Below are positions 1-10,112 of a stretch of 64,000 nt of DNA, in pieces. The stretch lies in IMG/VR virus record IMGVR_UViG_3300031088_000789. One strand, 5' to 3'. This stretch comes from an uncultured virus (IMG/VR IMGVR_UViG_3300031088_000789) (Duplodnaviria; Heunggongvirae; Uroviricota; Caudoviricetes). Each line of letters starts with the position of its first letter. Positions within the stretch are counted from its first letter, which is position 1. The position numbers and the translations under genes are program-made. Below the pieces are notes generated by a model, which worked only from the letters and a program-made list of their open reading frames with translations, did no database searches and had not been told where the DNA came from.

Positions 1-1
1 T

Positions 2-217
2 TTTCGTGATGATGACGAATTTTTTGACTCTCCTGACAGTCCTGATATGGAATTGCTTCATGAAGGTTTGTCGCGTGAACAAGCCGAAGCACTCGCCAAC
101 GTTTCTACCTATGTTTGGTTGGTTAACTACAAAGGCGAAGGTGAGGGCTTTATTTTGAAAGAATTGGCTTCCAATTTAAGTCGTTATCATGGCAAATGGA
201 ACTATTCTGAAGGTTAG
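2..217 (+). CDS. hypothetical protein, 3' end (truncated by window edge)
   Basis: Open frame FRDDDEFF...WNYSEG to TAG at 215-217, followed by hairpin and U-tract. Confidence 0.7.
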   Translation, partial: FRDDDEFFDSPDSPDMELLHEGLSREQAEALANVSTYVWLVNYKGEGEGFILKELASNLSRYHGKWNYSEG

Positions 218-303
218 TGGTCAATTTGCTATCAAAGGCAACCTACATGGTTGCTTTTTTTATGACTGCAGACTATAATTAGCGAAATTTAGAGGATCGC
301 AGA

Positions 304-885
304 ATGACTAATCATTCTATCTATACCTTGCCAGATGAAGTTTTGGCCCAGAGCGTTGGCATTGCATTTGCCCGTGAGATTTTTCATGAGTCTCAGGATC
401 TCAAACAGCAAGATATTGCATTTTCATGGGGTACTTATGGCGATACGGCTATTCGTATTGCTGTTTCTAACTTGCCTTTATATTTTAGTGAAGTTCCTTC
501 AAATCTTTTAGAGTTGAAGAAAATCACCAAAGTATCTTTTTCAATTGAAGCGAAGCTTCTTGTTGAATCAGCAGGTGAAAGTCTCAATACCGTACAATAT
601 CCAGTTGATGAAATTCGCACTCATCTTCGACAGTATTTTGATCGATATTATGACCAGTTAAAAAGACGCTTTAAACGTGATTTTGGCAATGAACATCCTG
701 ATGGAGCGGCATTGGATTGGCAAATTGCATTCACAAATTTGCATACGCCTACTTATGTTTATAATCAGGCTGTGGACTATCTTGATCGTTATGTTCATGG
801 TAAAGCTATTGACCCTTCTGATATTCATGTTTTACAGGTCGATGTTCGCCAGTATCTTCGTAAGCTTTTTCTAGGTGGCGATTAA
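304..885 (+). CDS. hypothetical protein
   Basis: TATAAT and GAGG upstream; 193 aa ORF. Confidence 0.75.
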   Translation: MTNHSIYTLPDEVLAQSVGIAFAREIFHESQDLKQQDIAFSWGTYGDTAIRIAVSNLPLYFSEVPSNLLELKKITKVSFSIEAKLLVESAGESLNTVQYPVDEIRTHLRQYFDRYYDQLKRRFKRDFGNEHPDGAALDWQIAFTNLHTPTYVYNQAVDYLDRYVHGKAIDPSDIHVLQVDVRQYLRKLFLGGD

Positions 886-959
886 AAAATCTCGATTTTT
901 TGTTGCCTATTTTTAAGATTTTTGCTAAGATAGCATTCTAATTCATAGAGGACATTGAC

Positions 960-1532
960 ATGGGCGTTGGCAAATATTCTCCTACTGTAAGCAATTCTTA
1001 CAGCAAAGACCAAGAATGGTTTGAAAAAAATGGTGGTGGTTTTGGCAATGGCCTGATTCCAGAATCTCAGTATGATAACCAAGGCTATGATGATTATGGT
1101 TATCATGGTTATACTGATCGAGATCGTGCAGGTTATACCGAAAACGATTACCTGACTGACTCCATTGAAGATGGTAGTTCTGGTATTTATGACCGTGTTA
1201 TGAGCTTGTGGGACGGCTATAATGCTCCTACGATTCTTGACCTGTCTGGCGTGATTTCGAATAAAGTTTCAAATGATGCGTTGTTCGCTTTGGATCATTC
1301 CAAAATGGTAGCGATTATTCATATTCATGAATCGGCCAGCACTGCACGTTATAAGCTGGGTGAAGCCTTTAAAGCAGGTGGTAGTGCTGATGGTCACGCA
1401 CACTACCAGAAAGAATTTAAGGCATTCTTTGCTGAAATTGAAAAGAAAATGGTTGAACATACCATGTTCTTGGAAGATTTTTATGAGAAGTTTTTGTATG
1501 ACTTCATAAAAATTCAAAAAAAATTCATTTAA
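960..1532 (+). CDS. hypothetical protein with Y-D-x-x-G-Y repeats
   Basis: GAGG RBS; YDNQGYDDYGY...DRAGY. Confidence 0.75.
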   Translation: MGVGKYSPTVSNSYSKDQEWFEKNGGGFGNGLIPESQYDNQGYDDYGYHGYTDRDRAGYTENDYLTDSIEDGSSGIYDRVMSLWDGYNAPTILDLSGVISNKVSNDALFALDHSKMVAIIHIHESASTARYKLGEAFKAGGSADGHAHYQKEFKAFFAEIEKKMVEHTMFLEDFYEKFLYDFIKIQKKFI

Positions 1533-1593
1533 AAGGTTTGTTATAGCCAGCTAAAAATGCTATAATCACTGCTCAATTCAAGAGGTGTAAAAC

Positions 1594-1824
1594 ATGAAAC
1601 GTCAACTGCAAGCAGACCAAGCTGAATCACAGTCGGAAAGCAGCATTGAAGCCAAAGCACTCGCTACCCTGCGAGCACGCAATGAACGTCTCACTTCCCT
1701 GTTGGGTTGTGTCGTGGAATCCATCACTTTCGACATGAAAGATCAGGTGATGAGTCCACAGTTGCAAGAGGACATTGCAATGGCTAATGAAACACTTGAT
1801 GAATATGAAAAATATCCGCTTTAA
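1594..1824 (+). CDS. hypothetical protein
   Basis: Promoter, GAGG RBS, terminator. Confidence 0.75.
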   Translation: MKRQLQADQAESQSESSIEAKALATLRARNERLTSLLGCVVESITFDMKDQVMSPQLQEDIAMANETLDEYEKYPL

Positions 1825-1952
1825 AGCAGTAACATAGCAAGAATAAAAAGGCCCATTTTGGGCCTTTTTTCATTTCATTCAACTTAATATTCTTGTTTTC
1901 ATTTTAAGTTTTTGATATAATGTTTATCTTCTAAACAAATGAGATTCCTATC

Positions 1953-2480
1953 ATGGGCATTCAAAAATTCCAAGAATTGGTCGTCTATGGCATTCAAGTA
2001 AAAGATACTGATTTTTCTCTTTATACTACTACTCATGATATTGCTCAATGGGGCTATGAGTTTTGGAAAGTTGTAACCGCAACTTTTACTGAGGACGAAA
2101 TTGGTGAAGTTCGCAATATTTCTGTTGCATTGGGTGAAGATATTGAGCGTGCTCGTATGGCTCGTTATGATGAGTTGTATATGCAAGAACGATTGAAGCA
2201 ACCAGTTGTTGTTAATGGTACCTCATATCAAGCTGTCTTTATTTTTGATGTCTTGTGGGAATCTTGGGATTGTGACGCTACTGGTTGGGTTGTCTCTACT
2301 CCATCAGGTAATAAAGTGGTATTCACCAATCATGGTTCTCATTATTTTGTTGAAAATGATGAATTGGATGAGTGCATTAAAGGCTATACCACTATGATTG
2401 AAGCGGGTTCTGGCGATTTTAGTGTTTCGGATTATCAACAAGGTGTTCGTGACATTCAACATGCCATGAGTTTGACTTAA
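1953..2480 (+). CDS. hypothetical protein, paralog of 56010..56537
   Basis: VVVNGTSY...DATGWVVSTPSGNK vs VHVNGVNY...DAIAYIVKTPDGQK. Confidence 0.75.
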   Translation: MGIQKFQELVVYGIQVKDTDFSLYTTTHDIAQWGYEFWKVVTATFTEDEIGEVRNISVALGEDIERARMARYDELYMQERLKQPVVVNGTSYQAVFIFDVLWESWDCDATGWVVSTPSGNKVVFTNHGSHYFVENDELDECIKGYTTMIEAGSGDFSVSDYQQGVRDIQHAMSLT

Positions 2481-2521
2481 TTTATAGTTAAAAAAAAAGC
2501 CTCTTTGGAGGCTTTTTTCTT

Positions 2522-2974
2522 TTATTGTGTTTGATTTGGATAACGACAAATTACATAGTAATTAAAACGGGTATCTGCTCTTTTAAACTCACCTAGCACA
2601 TAGGTGTATTGACCAGACACATATGGAAAGTTTTTTCTTGGTGTGTATACGCTATCAATAATTACACTATCATTCCATTTAATATAACGTACTGTCCCAA
2701 TTGGATAAGTAGCATCTGTATTAAATGTCATTCCGTAGTTAGATGTTTCTGAATATGGCTGACATGTATATCCTTCTCTGTCTTCATCTTTTGGTGGAAT
2801 AGGCTCCGGTTCAGGTTCTGGCTCTGGTTCAACTGGTGGCGTCGTTGATTCTGCTGTTGAGAAAACAATATCACCCGGACTTAAATGTACTTTGGGATCT
2901 ATTATTACTTGATAGTTTGCATATGCAATAGATGACGCTAACAATATAACCATCATTGTTATTATTTTTTTCAT
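2522..2974 (-). CDS. secreted protein (signal peptide, PE-repeat linker, Cys-flanked C-terminal domain)
   Basis: MKK-hydrophobic-AYA signal; EPEPEPEP; C-terminal domain shared with 34064..34690. Confidence 0.8.
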   Translation of the reverse strand: MKKIITMMVILLASSIAYANYQVIIDPKVHLSPGDIVFSTAESTTPPVEPEPEPEPEPIPPKDEDREGYTCQPYSETSNYGMTFNTDATYPIGTVRYIKWNDSVIIDSVYTPRKNFPYVSGQYTYVLGEFKRADTRFNYYVICRYPNQTQ

Positions 2975-3120
2975 ATCCTTTTCTTATTGTTCTTAGTATT
3001 ATAATATATATTTTAAATAAAACATCAAGTGTTCTATTGTTTGAGTCGCTAAAAAAAGCTTGTTTTTATATGATTTTTGTTATATAGTAGCTCTCTATTT
3101 ACACAAAACAAGGTGAAAAC

Positions 3121-3372
3121 ATGACAACTCAAACCCCGAAAGAAAGCGTGATTGAAGAAGCTAATGACATGATTGAGCGTGTTCTGGCAGATGCTCGATC
3201 CAAACTGCAGAAAGCAGTAGAATGTGGTGCTCTGAACATTACTGACGATATGTCACAGCATCTTCAGCAAGGCAAGGTCGTTGCAAAAGCTGTTTTGCTG
3301 GATGCTATCGACAACTGGTTGACTTTGGGTAATCGTGAAAAAGAAGTGAAAAATCTTCTTCGGCATATTTGA
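3121..3372 (+). CDS. hypothetical protein
   Basis: AGGTG RBS; cassette structure. Confidence 0.75.
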   Translation: MTTQTPKESVIEEANDMIERVLADARSKLQKAVECGALNITDDMSQHLQQGKVVAKAVLLDAIDNWLTLGNREKEVKNLLRHI

Positions 3373-3493
3373 ATATTCCTCAAAAAAAAGCGGGCTTCGG
3401 CATGCTTTTTTATCTTTAAATTTGCGAAAAATGTTGTTTTTGATTTAGTCTGCTGTTATACTGCTCCCATCAAAACCAAAGAGGCTTACTATC

Positions 3494-3772
3494 ATGGCAA
3501 TCACTACTGTAACTATCACTTTTCAAGTGGATTCTGCCCTTCGTGATGATACCAATGATTTTTTCCATCTTGACGTTGAAATCCATCACAAGAATGTGTA
3601 TGAGTTTCAAGTGCTGAGCTATGATAAAGCCCGTAAAATTTGTGTGGCTGAACTCTACCTGCACAGTGGTGTAGATGAAAGTAAAGTGCCCTCGATGTTT
3701 GAGTCTTCTCGCCTGTCGGTTAGTGTCGATTGCCGTGAAGTGGCTTACTCTGGCTTGACGGTCAAGGCTTAA
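3494..3772 (+). CDS. hypothetical protein
   Basis: GAGG RBS; cassette structure. Confidence 0.75.
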   Translation: MAITTVTITFQVDSALRDDTNDFFHLDVEIHHKNVYEFQVLSYDKARKICVAELYLHSGVDESKVPSMFESSRLSVSVDCREVAYSGLTVKA

Positions 3773-3900
3773 TCTATATCGTGTCAAAAGGCAGTCCGTT
3801 TGGGCTGCTTTTTTATTTTGAAAAAACTCAATTTTATCTTGCTACTAAACTAGCTTTTTGCTACAATACACTCACTTTAAATCCATAGAGAGTTTTCCAA

Positions 3901-5019
3901 ATGTCTATTTTTCCACGTATTGAAACCCTCGATGACATGATGCCGCACATCAAAGACTGTGCATACATTTCTGTCAATAAACAGTCGAATGGTGCAAGCG
4001 TTGTTTGCTATAACATCAGCAACGGCGAGTCGTTCAGAACCCCAGTGGAAAAAGAAGCTCGCGGGATTACCTTTGATGATGCAGGCAAAATTCTGTCTCG
4101 CCCATTGCACAAGTTTTTCAACTTGGCAGAGCGTGCTGAAGTGCAACCAGCGGTTTTGGATTGGAACACAATGGTTGCAGGCTTTGACAAAATGGATGGT
4201 TCCATGATTTCTGGTGGCTTCTATAAAGGTGAGCTGTTCCTGAAATCGAAGAAGTCTTTCAAGTCGGACGTAGCTGTTTCGGCAGAAGGGTTTGTTGCTC
4301 AAAACCAAAAATATTATGACTTCACTAAATATTGCTCGCAGGCCAACCTGTCGCCAATTTTTGAATTCACTTCACCTAAACATCGTATCGTGTTGCGTTA
4401 TGACGAAGAAAACATGACTTTGCTGCATGTTCGTCATAATGTAACAGGTGAATATCTGATGCCTGTTGAAAAAGAGCGTTTGGCAGCACGGTTTGATATT
4501 CCTGTTAACAAACCTTTGTTTGGTGGTGAATTCGACATGGCTGACCTGTTGAAATCTCTGAACACTGTTGAAGGCATTGAAGGGTATGTTATCCAGTTTG
4601 CAAACGGCGAAATGGTTAAAATCAAAACCAAATGGTATATGAACCTTCACCATGCTGTTACCTTTGTGCGTGAGCGTGATATTGCCCGGTTGGTGGTTGA
4701 TGAAAAACTGGATGACTTCATTGCTTATCTGTCACTGAACGCACCAGAAGCTGATTTGAGCCATATCCACCGTATCAATGATGGTATCAAATCTGACATT
4801 GAAACCCTTGCACAATCAGTAAATGCGGTAGCAGAACAATACAAAGATGTTGATATTAAAACAGCGGCAATTGAACTGAAAGGTCATGAAAACTTTGGTT
4901 TCATCATGGGGGTAATTCGTGGTCACAAAAACGACTACTTGACCTATTATGCACGGAACCGCTTGAACGATTGGTCTTTGGAACAGGTTGATTTGGGTAG
5001 CTTCTCAAACGGAGTGTAA
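3901..5019 (+). CDS. T4 RNA ligase 1 (RnlA)-like RNA ligase
   Basis: EARG, SRPLHKFFN, motif I KMDGS, FEFTSP, motif IV EGYVI, motif V KIKTKWY. Confidence 0.9.
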   Translation: MSIFPRIETLDDMMPHIKDCAYISVNKQSNGASVVCYNISNGESFRTPVEKEARGITFDDAGKILSRPLHKFFNLAERAEVQPAVLDWNTMVAGFDKMDGSMISGGFYKGELFLKSKKSFKSDVAVSAEGFVAQNQKYYDFTKYCSQANLSPIFEFTSPKHRIVLRYDEENMTLLHVRHNVTGEYLMPVEKERLAARFDIPVNKPLFGGEFDMADLLKSLNTVEGIEGYVIQFANGEMVKIKTKWYMNLHHAVTFVRERDIARLVVDEKLDDFIAYLSLNAPEADLSHIHRINDGIKSDIETLAQSVNAVAEQYKDVDIKTAAIELKGHENFGFIMGVIRGHKNDYLTYYARNRLNDWSLEQVDLGSFSNGV

Positions 5020-5138
5020 TCCAGCATTGTCAAAAAGCCCTGCATAAGCGGGGTTTTTTGTTTTGTATAATCTACTTTTTGTTTGCCATTTTCTATCGTT
5101 TGGCGTATAATCAACCTATCCAAACAGAGGTTTATCAT

Positions 5139-5522
5139 ATGAAAGACATTCTTGAAAAAGCTGAACTTGTAGACATTACCAGCGAGGAATTTTTGGAATT
5201 TATCAAACTCTTCCGTGTAGGTCAGCAATCTGCTGTTTGTTGGTCTTTGGTTGAAGATGGATCTTGCAGCATCGAAGAGACTTTGGCTTGCCCGCCAAAT
5301 TTCGAACTTGTCGCACAGATGTTCCCTGACATTTCGGCTGTTGTTATGATGACTTTGGCCAAAAAATTGCGAAGCATCTTTAATTCGTGGTGGATCAGTG
5401 AAGAACCGGAAGCCTATTCTGATCCGCAGTCTTATTACCCTCGTTTCCAAGCAACTATTTTGTATACTCGTTTGTATGCCTTCTATCTTGAAGAAAAAGA
5501 ATCCCTTGAAGCGAAAGCTTAA
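5139..5522 (+). CDS. hypothetical protein
   Basis: Start moved to ATG after GAGG. Confidence 0.7.
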   Translation: MKDILEKAELVDITSEEFLEFIKLFRVGQQSAVCWSLVEDGSCSIEETLACPPNFELVAQMFPDISAVVMMTLAKKLRSIFNSWWISEEPEAYSDPQSYYPRFQATILYTRLYAFYLEEKESLEAKA

Positions 5523-5616
5523 AGTAATCAATTAAAGACAGCTTCGTCTGTCTTTTTGTTTGCTTGTATACAATATTTCATGTATACTCAATATTCTATT
5601 TTATGGAGCTTTGATA

Positions 5617-5934
5617 ATGCCAAAAGTTATTCTTACCTTTGATGCAGAAAATGGTACTCCTTCTGGTGATGCCTATGCTTGTCGTATTGTGAATGCCTTC
5701 CTTGAACAGTCTGGCTTGGTCGAATATTCGACTGCAAACCACAGTGTTGTCAATGCTCTGCGTCTTGCTATCGTTGAGCAACGTATCAGTCATACAGATG
5801 TTAAGTTTTTGTTTGGTGAACAAACTATTCTTTCTAATGCCAAAGGCGAATTGGATGCTTGGCCAGTAGGTTTTTGTGACCATGATCGCAATTGCGTTGT
5901 TGCTATGATGAAAACCCGTCGAGATATGAGTTGA
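5617..5934 (+). CDS. stand-alone DUF3696-like domain (resembles C-terminus of defence-associated ABC/AAA ATPases)
   Basis: STANHSVVNALRLAI...GELDAWPVGFCD matches the recalled pattern HS-x-x-x-N-x-x-R...G-x-L-x-x-WP-x-GF-x-D. Confidence 0.55.
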   Translation: MPKVILTFDAENGTPSGDAYACRIVNAFLEQSGLVEYSTANHSVVNALRLAIVEQRISHTDVKFLFGEQTILSNAKGELDAWPVGFCDHDRNCVVAMMKTRRDMS

Positions 5935-5988
5935 TCTGAAAAGCAGATTTTGTTATAATACTGCCAGCCAATTATGATGGAGATTCAA

Positions 5989-7110
5989 ATGACTTATCAG
6001 AAAAAACTCTACCAGCAACTTATGACGCTGTTGGAAACCAATCCGGGTTCCTTTAAATATCGTGATGAAATTTCGTCGGTTGATGGCGGGACGTATCGTG
6101 TCTTTAACTATGACATTCCCAAACACTCTGAATTCAAACTTCCCGCTGCAAAAGATTGCCGTGGGGTGATGTTCTATATGGGTGGTGAAGAACCCCAGCT
6201 TGTGGCTTTGCCTATGCAAAAATTCTTCTCGTTGGGCGAAACTCCAGAAACGCAAAAAGTTAAACCAGAAGAAGCGGATTTTGCCTACCTGAAACCTGAT
6301 GGTTCTCTACTGACTAGCTATATTTCGCCAGTCAATGATAAGCTCTATTACAAGAGCAAAAAGAAACCAACTTTCAACGACTATGATTTGGTTGAAAAGT
6401 CGATTAGTCCAGCACTCCAAGCCGAAATTGAACGACTCACCCGCACTGGTGTATCGCTTGATTTGGAATTGACCACTCCGAAAAACCGTGTTTTCATTGA
6501 ATACACTGATTACGAAGTGCATGTATTGAAAGCTCGTGACATGAGCACTGGCGAGTATGTTGATATTCGTTCGGCTGAATTTGCTGCTGCATATCCTGTT
6601 ATTGCTGCCCATTTGGTCAAGCGTATTCCTATCAATGAACTCAATGTTAATGACCCTGAAATTGAAGGTTACGTCATTGAAATTGGCCCTGATATGTATA
6701 AGGTAAAGACCATTCCTTACCTGAAAATGTCGGCAGTTGTCAACATTCAAGACCGCTCGAAAGAACGTCAGTTCATCTACGAAGCAACCTTGCATGAAAT
6801 TCTGGATGAAATTCGTTCTCTGTATCATTACCGAACTCACAGTGAAAACTTCCCATTGGCTGAAATTCTGGCCCGCCTTGATGAAGTTGAAGACTATGCT
6901 CGTAAGAGCTATCATTACCTTGTTCGCACTGTTGAAGGCTTCTATGCTGAAAATAAAGACTTGGAACGTGGTGATTATGCTCGAAAAGCAAAAGAAGAAG
7001 CACCTTTGCTGCTTTCTGTGCTGATGAGTAAATATTCGGGTGATGATATTGATTACAAGAAATCGGCCATTATGGTGTTTTCTCGTAAACAAGTCCCCAT
7101 CCCTAATTAA
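5989..7110 (+). CDS. second T4 Rnl1-like RNA ligase
   Basis: DCRG, PMQKFF, motif I KPDGS, LELTTP, EGYVI, KVKT. Confidence 0.88.
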   Translation: MTYQKKLYQQLMTLLETNPGSFKYRDEISSVDGGTYRVFNYDIPKHSEFKLPAAKDCRGVMFYMGGEEPQLVALPMQKFFSLGETPETQKVKPEEADFAYLKPDGSLLTSYISPVNDKLYYKSKKKPTFNDYDLVEKSISPALQAEIERLTRTGVSLDLELTTPKNRVFIEYTDYEVHVLKARDMSTGEYVDIRSAEFAAAYPVIAAHLVKRIPINELNVNDPEIEGYVIEIGPDMYKVKTIPYLKMSAVVNIQDRSKERQFIYEATLHEILDEIRSLYHYRTHSENFPLAEILARLDEVEDYARKSYHYLVRTVEGFYAENKDLERGDYARKAKEEAPLLLSVLMSKYSGDDIDYKKSAIMVFSRKQVPIPN

Positions 7111-7127
7111 ATGTCAGTTCCCGATAG

Positions 7128-7529
7128 CCGTTCTTATAGAGATGAAAAAATCTGATCATCTTGTTCAAACGTTCTGCAGTCGGTCAAACCTCGCCTCTGC
7201 TGTTTACCTTATCTAAGAATTTGATTTGGGTTTCTAAGTCTTTTTTTTGATCGTGAGAAGAAACTCTGGCATAACCAACATGCAATTTATTAGAATTATG
7301 AAGTTTAAGCAAGTCATCGAAGAAAAATCTTCGATGATTGCCAAGGGTTCGAAAAGAACTGATTTTACCAAGTCGCTCCCAACGACGAAGAGTAACAACA
7401 GAAAGGCCAAGAAAAGAAGCAGATTTACCGATAGAAAGAGATTTAATCATAAAAAAAATAGAGGTTGACATCTCTATTTTAACACAAATGATCAGATTTG
7501 ATCAAGGAAATGAGCTGCAGTTAGAAACC
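7128..7529 (-). mobile_element. internally deleted IS607-family element (~400 bp)
   Basis: CC (GG on minus) core at both ends; TGATCA-type subterminal repeats; right end AGAACGG on minus; removal restores perfect terminator AGCCCTAG-ATTT-CTAGGGCT. Confidence 0.8.
7184..7471 (-). pseudogene. tnpA: truncated IS607 TnpA (MerR-type HTH plus start of serine recombinase domain)
   Basis: TLRRWE...RTLGNHRR...VGYARVSSHDQKKDLETQ, then premature end. Confidence 0.85.
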
Positions 7530-7636
7530 CTAGATTTCTAGGGCTTTTTTATTTTTTTTTCGATAAATTCCTTTACCATAAACCATTTTTTTGCTATAAT
7601 CCTTCTTATTAAATTAAAGTTTTATTAGGAGCTTTT

Positions 7637-7915
7637 ATGTCTTTTACTGCAAGTGTTGTGAATCGACATGGTTATCCTCATGCGTTCTGCAAATCCAGTG
7701 ATGGCTATTACTACATGGGTGGCCCTAAGCAAGCTTGTGTGGTTTTTCAGTCGGTTAAAGAGTTTAATGATTTTGTTGAGCACCTTAAAAGCTTGACGGT
7801 TGATGATCCGCGTGTTTCACAATATGATCTTGATGTTTTTAACTTTGTTGAAGGTCGTGTTCAGTTTGATTTGGTGACACCAAAAAATGCAGCACCCGGT
7901 TTTAAACTCCGTTAA
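7637..7915 (+). CDS. hypothetical protein
   Basis: AGGAG RBS; cassette. Confidence 0.75.
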   Translation: MSFTASVVNRHGYPHAFCKSSDGYYYMGGPKQACVVFQSVKEFNDFVEHLKSLTVDDPRVSQYDLDVFNFVEGRVQFDLVTPKNAAPGFKLR

Positions 7916-8010
7916 TATTCCTTGTTAAAGAACCGCTTTCGAGCGGTTTTTTGTTGTCTGTATTTTGAAAGACCTGTATAATTATGTTATCTATTTAATG
8001 AGGTTGCCCC

Positions 8011-8694
8011 ATGAAGCTTAATCACGCAGAAATCATTATAAAACGGATGATGCTTGAAAACCCAACGATATCGAGTAGTCGTTTGTTGGTGCTGGCTCAG
8101 GTTTTATTAAGAGAGCCTTGTGCTTATTGGGGCGATGATGGTTGCGTGCATATTCATGGCATCAAAGAAACAAACCCACGTAAAGCTGTTTTGAAGCTAC
8201 CTGCACATTTGCAGAAGTCTATGTACATTGATCCTGAATTACAAAAATCGATTCCTGATTTTTATGCTGCTCGCCTTGTAGAGCGTGAACTTGAATTGAC
8301 CCAATTTGCGTTCATTGAAAAGCATATTGATAGCCTTGCCAAATATACGCTTACGCACCAAAAAGAGTTTAATACTGACACATTGTCAGCTACTTCTGAT
8401 AAATCTCTTATCTTCAATGTTCCGGCTAATATTGAAGCCAGTTGGAAAACTGCAGCAATTGAACTCGTTGATGCTATTGTCGCTGGACTTTTAAAGCATC
8501 ACTATATTTCAAAAGGGATTTCTTCTCATAATAAAAAAGATCCTATGGATTTAATGAGTTGGAAAGGTGGCTACTGGTTTGCAATGTATCAGAAGTTTAA
8601 AGCCATTCAAGAATCGCTCAAACCACCTATTTCTGAGCAAGCGGTTGCTGACATATCGTCTATTTGGAATTCTGTTATGAATTCGAAGGTTTAA
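8011..8694 (+). CDS. hypothetical protein
   Basis: GAGG RBS; 227 aa. Confidence 0.75.
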   Translation: MKLNHAEIIIKRMMLENPTISSSRLLVLAQVLLREPCAYWGDDGCVHIHGIKETNPRKAVLKLPAHLQKSMYIDPELQKSIPDFYAARLVERELELTQFAFIEKHIDSLAKYTLTHQKEFNTDTLSATSDKSLIFNVPANIEASWKTAAIELVDAIVAGLLKHHYISKGISSHNKKDPMDLMSWKGGYWFAMYQKFKAIQESLKPPISEQAVADISSIWNSVMNSKV

Positions 8695-8822
8695 TAGAAA
8701 AAACTTATTTACCAAAAAGGTGAGTGAAAATATTTTCCTCAACGTGTAAAAAAGGCTTGTTCAAATAGCAGTTTTTCGGTATACTAGACCCATCAAATCA
8801 ACGAGACAAAGGAAATCAAATC

Positions 8823-9443
8823 ATGACCAAGACTATCGTTCTGAATCACTCGGCAATGGCTCTCAAACTGCGTAGCATCTTCACTGCTAACAAAGAGATG
8901 AAAGCAATTTCGAAAATGCTGACCCAAGAGTTCACCCTGTCGAAAACCGATGTTTCGAATGTGATGACTCTGAATATGAAGAATGGTGAATCTCAGTCCG
9001 TAACTGTCATCGACAACCGTTTCGCAGTCATCAGCTACGCCAAGCCAAAAGGTGCTAAACCTAGCACGATTTTCTTGAACAAATCGACGCCAATCACTTC
9101 GATGAAGGCTAGCAAAGTCGTGGTGGTTGACCTTGAAAAACGCACCATCGAAAACGGTGATTCGTTTGTCGGCTTCTCGCTGGACAACGGCGGTAACGTC
9201 CCTGTTGAATTCCTGCTGGGTAGCTCGCTGGAACTTGTAGCGGTTCGTAACTACATCAACCACACTCAGCTCTATGTGGCAACCCTTGACGACAAAGTGA
9301 TGGTTGCGGATAACATCAAAGAAATCCGTGCATTCATCAACGCTGAAATTAAAGTGGTTACCGAGGCATTCTCGCCACGCGAAATGGAAGCGTTCGAAGC
9401 TGACGTAACTGTTGCTCTGGAAGGTTCGGCAACCACTGCCTAA
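8823..9443 (+). CDS. hypothetical protein, highly-expressed-type codon bias
   Basis: Promoter, AAGGA RBS; CTG/CGT/AAC-type codons. Confidence 0.8.
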   Translation: MTKTIVLNHSAMALKLRSIFTANKEMKAISKMLTQEFTLSKTDVSNVMTLNMKNGESQSVTVIDNRFAVISYAKPKGAKPSTIFLNKSTPITSMKASKVVVVDLEKRTIENGDSFVGFSLDNGGNVPVEFLLGSSLELVAVRNYINHTQLYVATLDDKVMVADNIKEIRAFINAEIKVVTEAFSPREMEAFEADVTVALEGSATTA

Positions 9444-9585
9444 CCCTTCAAAGACCTACAAAGCCCTTGACTTGTTCAGGGGCTTTTTGTTTTCTAATTT
9501 TTGTAATTTTTTCAAAAAAACGTCTTGATTAAAAATCACTTTTTGTCGTATAATAAGACGACATTACCTGTATTGAGGAATCACC

Positions 9586-10062
9586 ATGTATCTTGAAGAA
9601 TCGAATGCAGCCCCGACTAAACGTCCAATGGCAGAGCGAAAAAAACCACCTGTTGTTGTAAATACTGGCCCTACTGCAGAAGACATGGCAATTGCGTTCT
9701 TTGATCATTTTGGCTCGCTCAGCCTTCAAGAGTTTTTTAATCGAAATGATTTGTTTAATGTTCGTGAAGTCGTTCAGGACATCATGCGGATTGAAGCCTC
9801 ACAGGACAATCCAGAAGAAACGGGTTACAATAATATTCCACGCAAAGGTTTCCGCTTTGCTTATTTTCCTAACAGTGTTTTTTACGACGACAAAACACCT
9901 CATAGCTTTAATCCAGCCACTACTGAACTGGTTGAGGCATGGGCTAAGCGTCATAATTATTTCTTCTATGTTGATGATGCTTATGCGTATATTGGCATTC
10001 CAGAGGATATGTTCCCTATGCCCTATTTCAACAAGTTTAAAACGGCTTTTGAAGATTTTTAA
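9586..10062 (+). CDS. hypothetical protein, paralog of 51278..51688
   Basis: AYIGIPEDMFPMPYFNKF vs AILGIPESHFDHPYASKL. Confidence 0.75.
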   Translation: MYLEESNAAPTKRPMAERKKPPVVVNTGPTAEDMAIAFFDHFGSLSLQEFFNRNDLFNVREVVQDIMRIEASQDNPEETGYNNIPRKGFRFAYFPNSVFYDDKTPHSFNPATTELVEAWAKRHNYFFYVDDAYAYIGIPEDMFPMPYFNKFKTAFEDF

Positions 10063-10112
10063 ACCAACTACAAGGGGCTTTCATGCCCCATTTCATTTGT
10101 GGAGAACCTAAC

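Noticed and set aside
6307..7092. Long antisense ORF (and many similar shadow ORFs in the track)
   Set aside because: Opposite a well-supported gene, no RBS; explained by codon bias of the sense gene.
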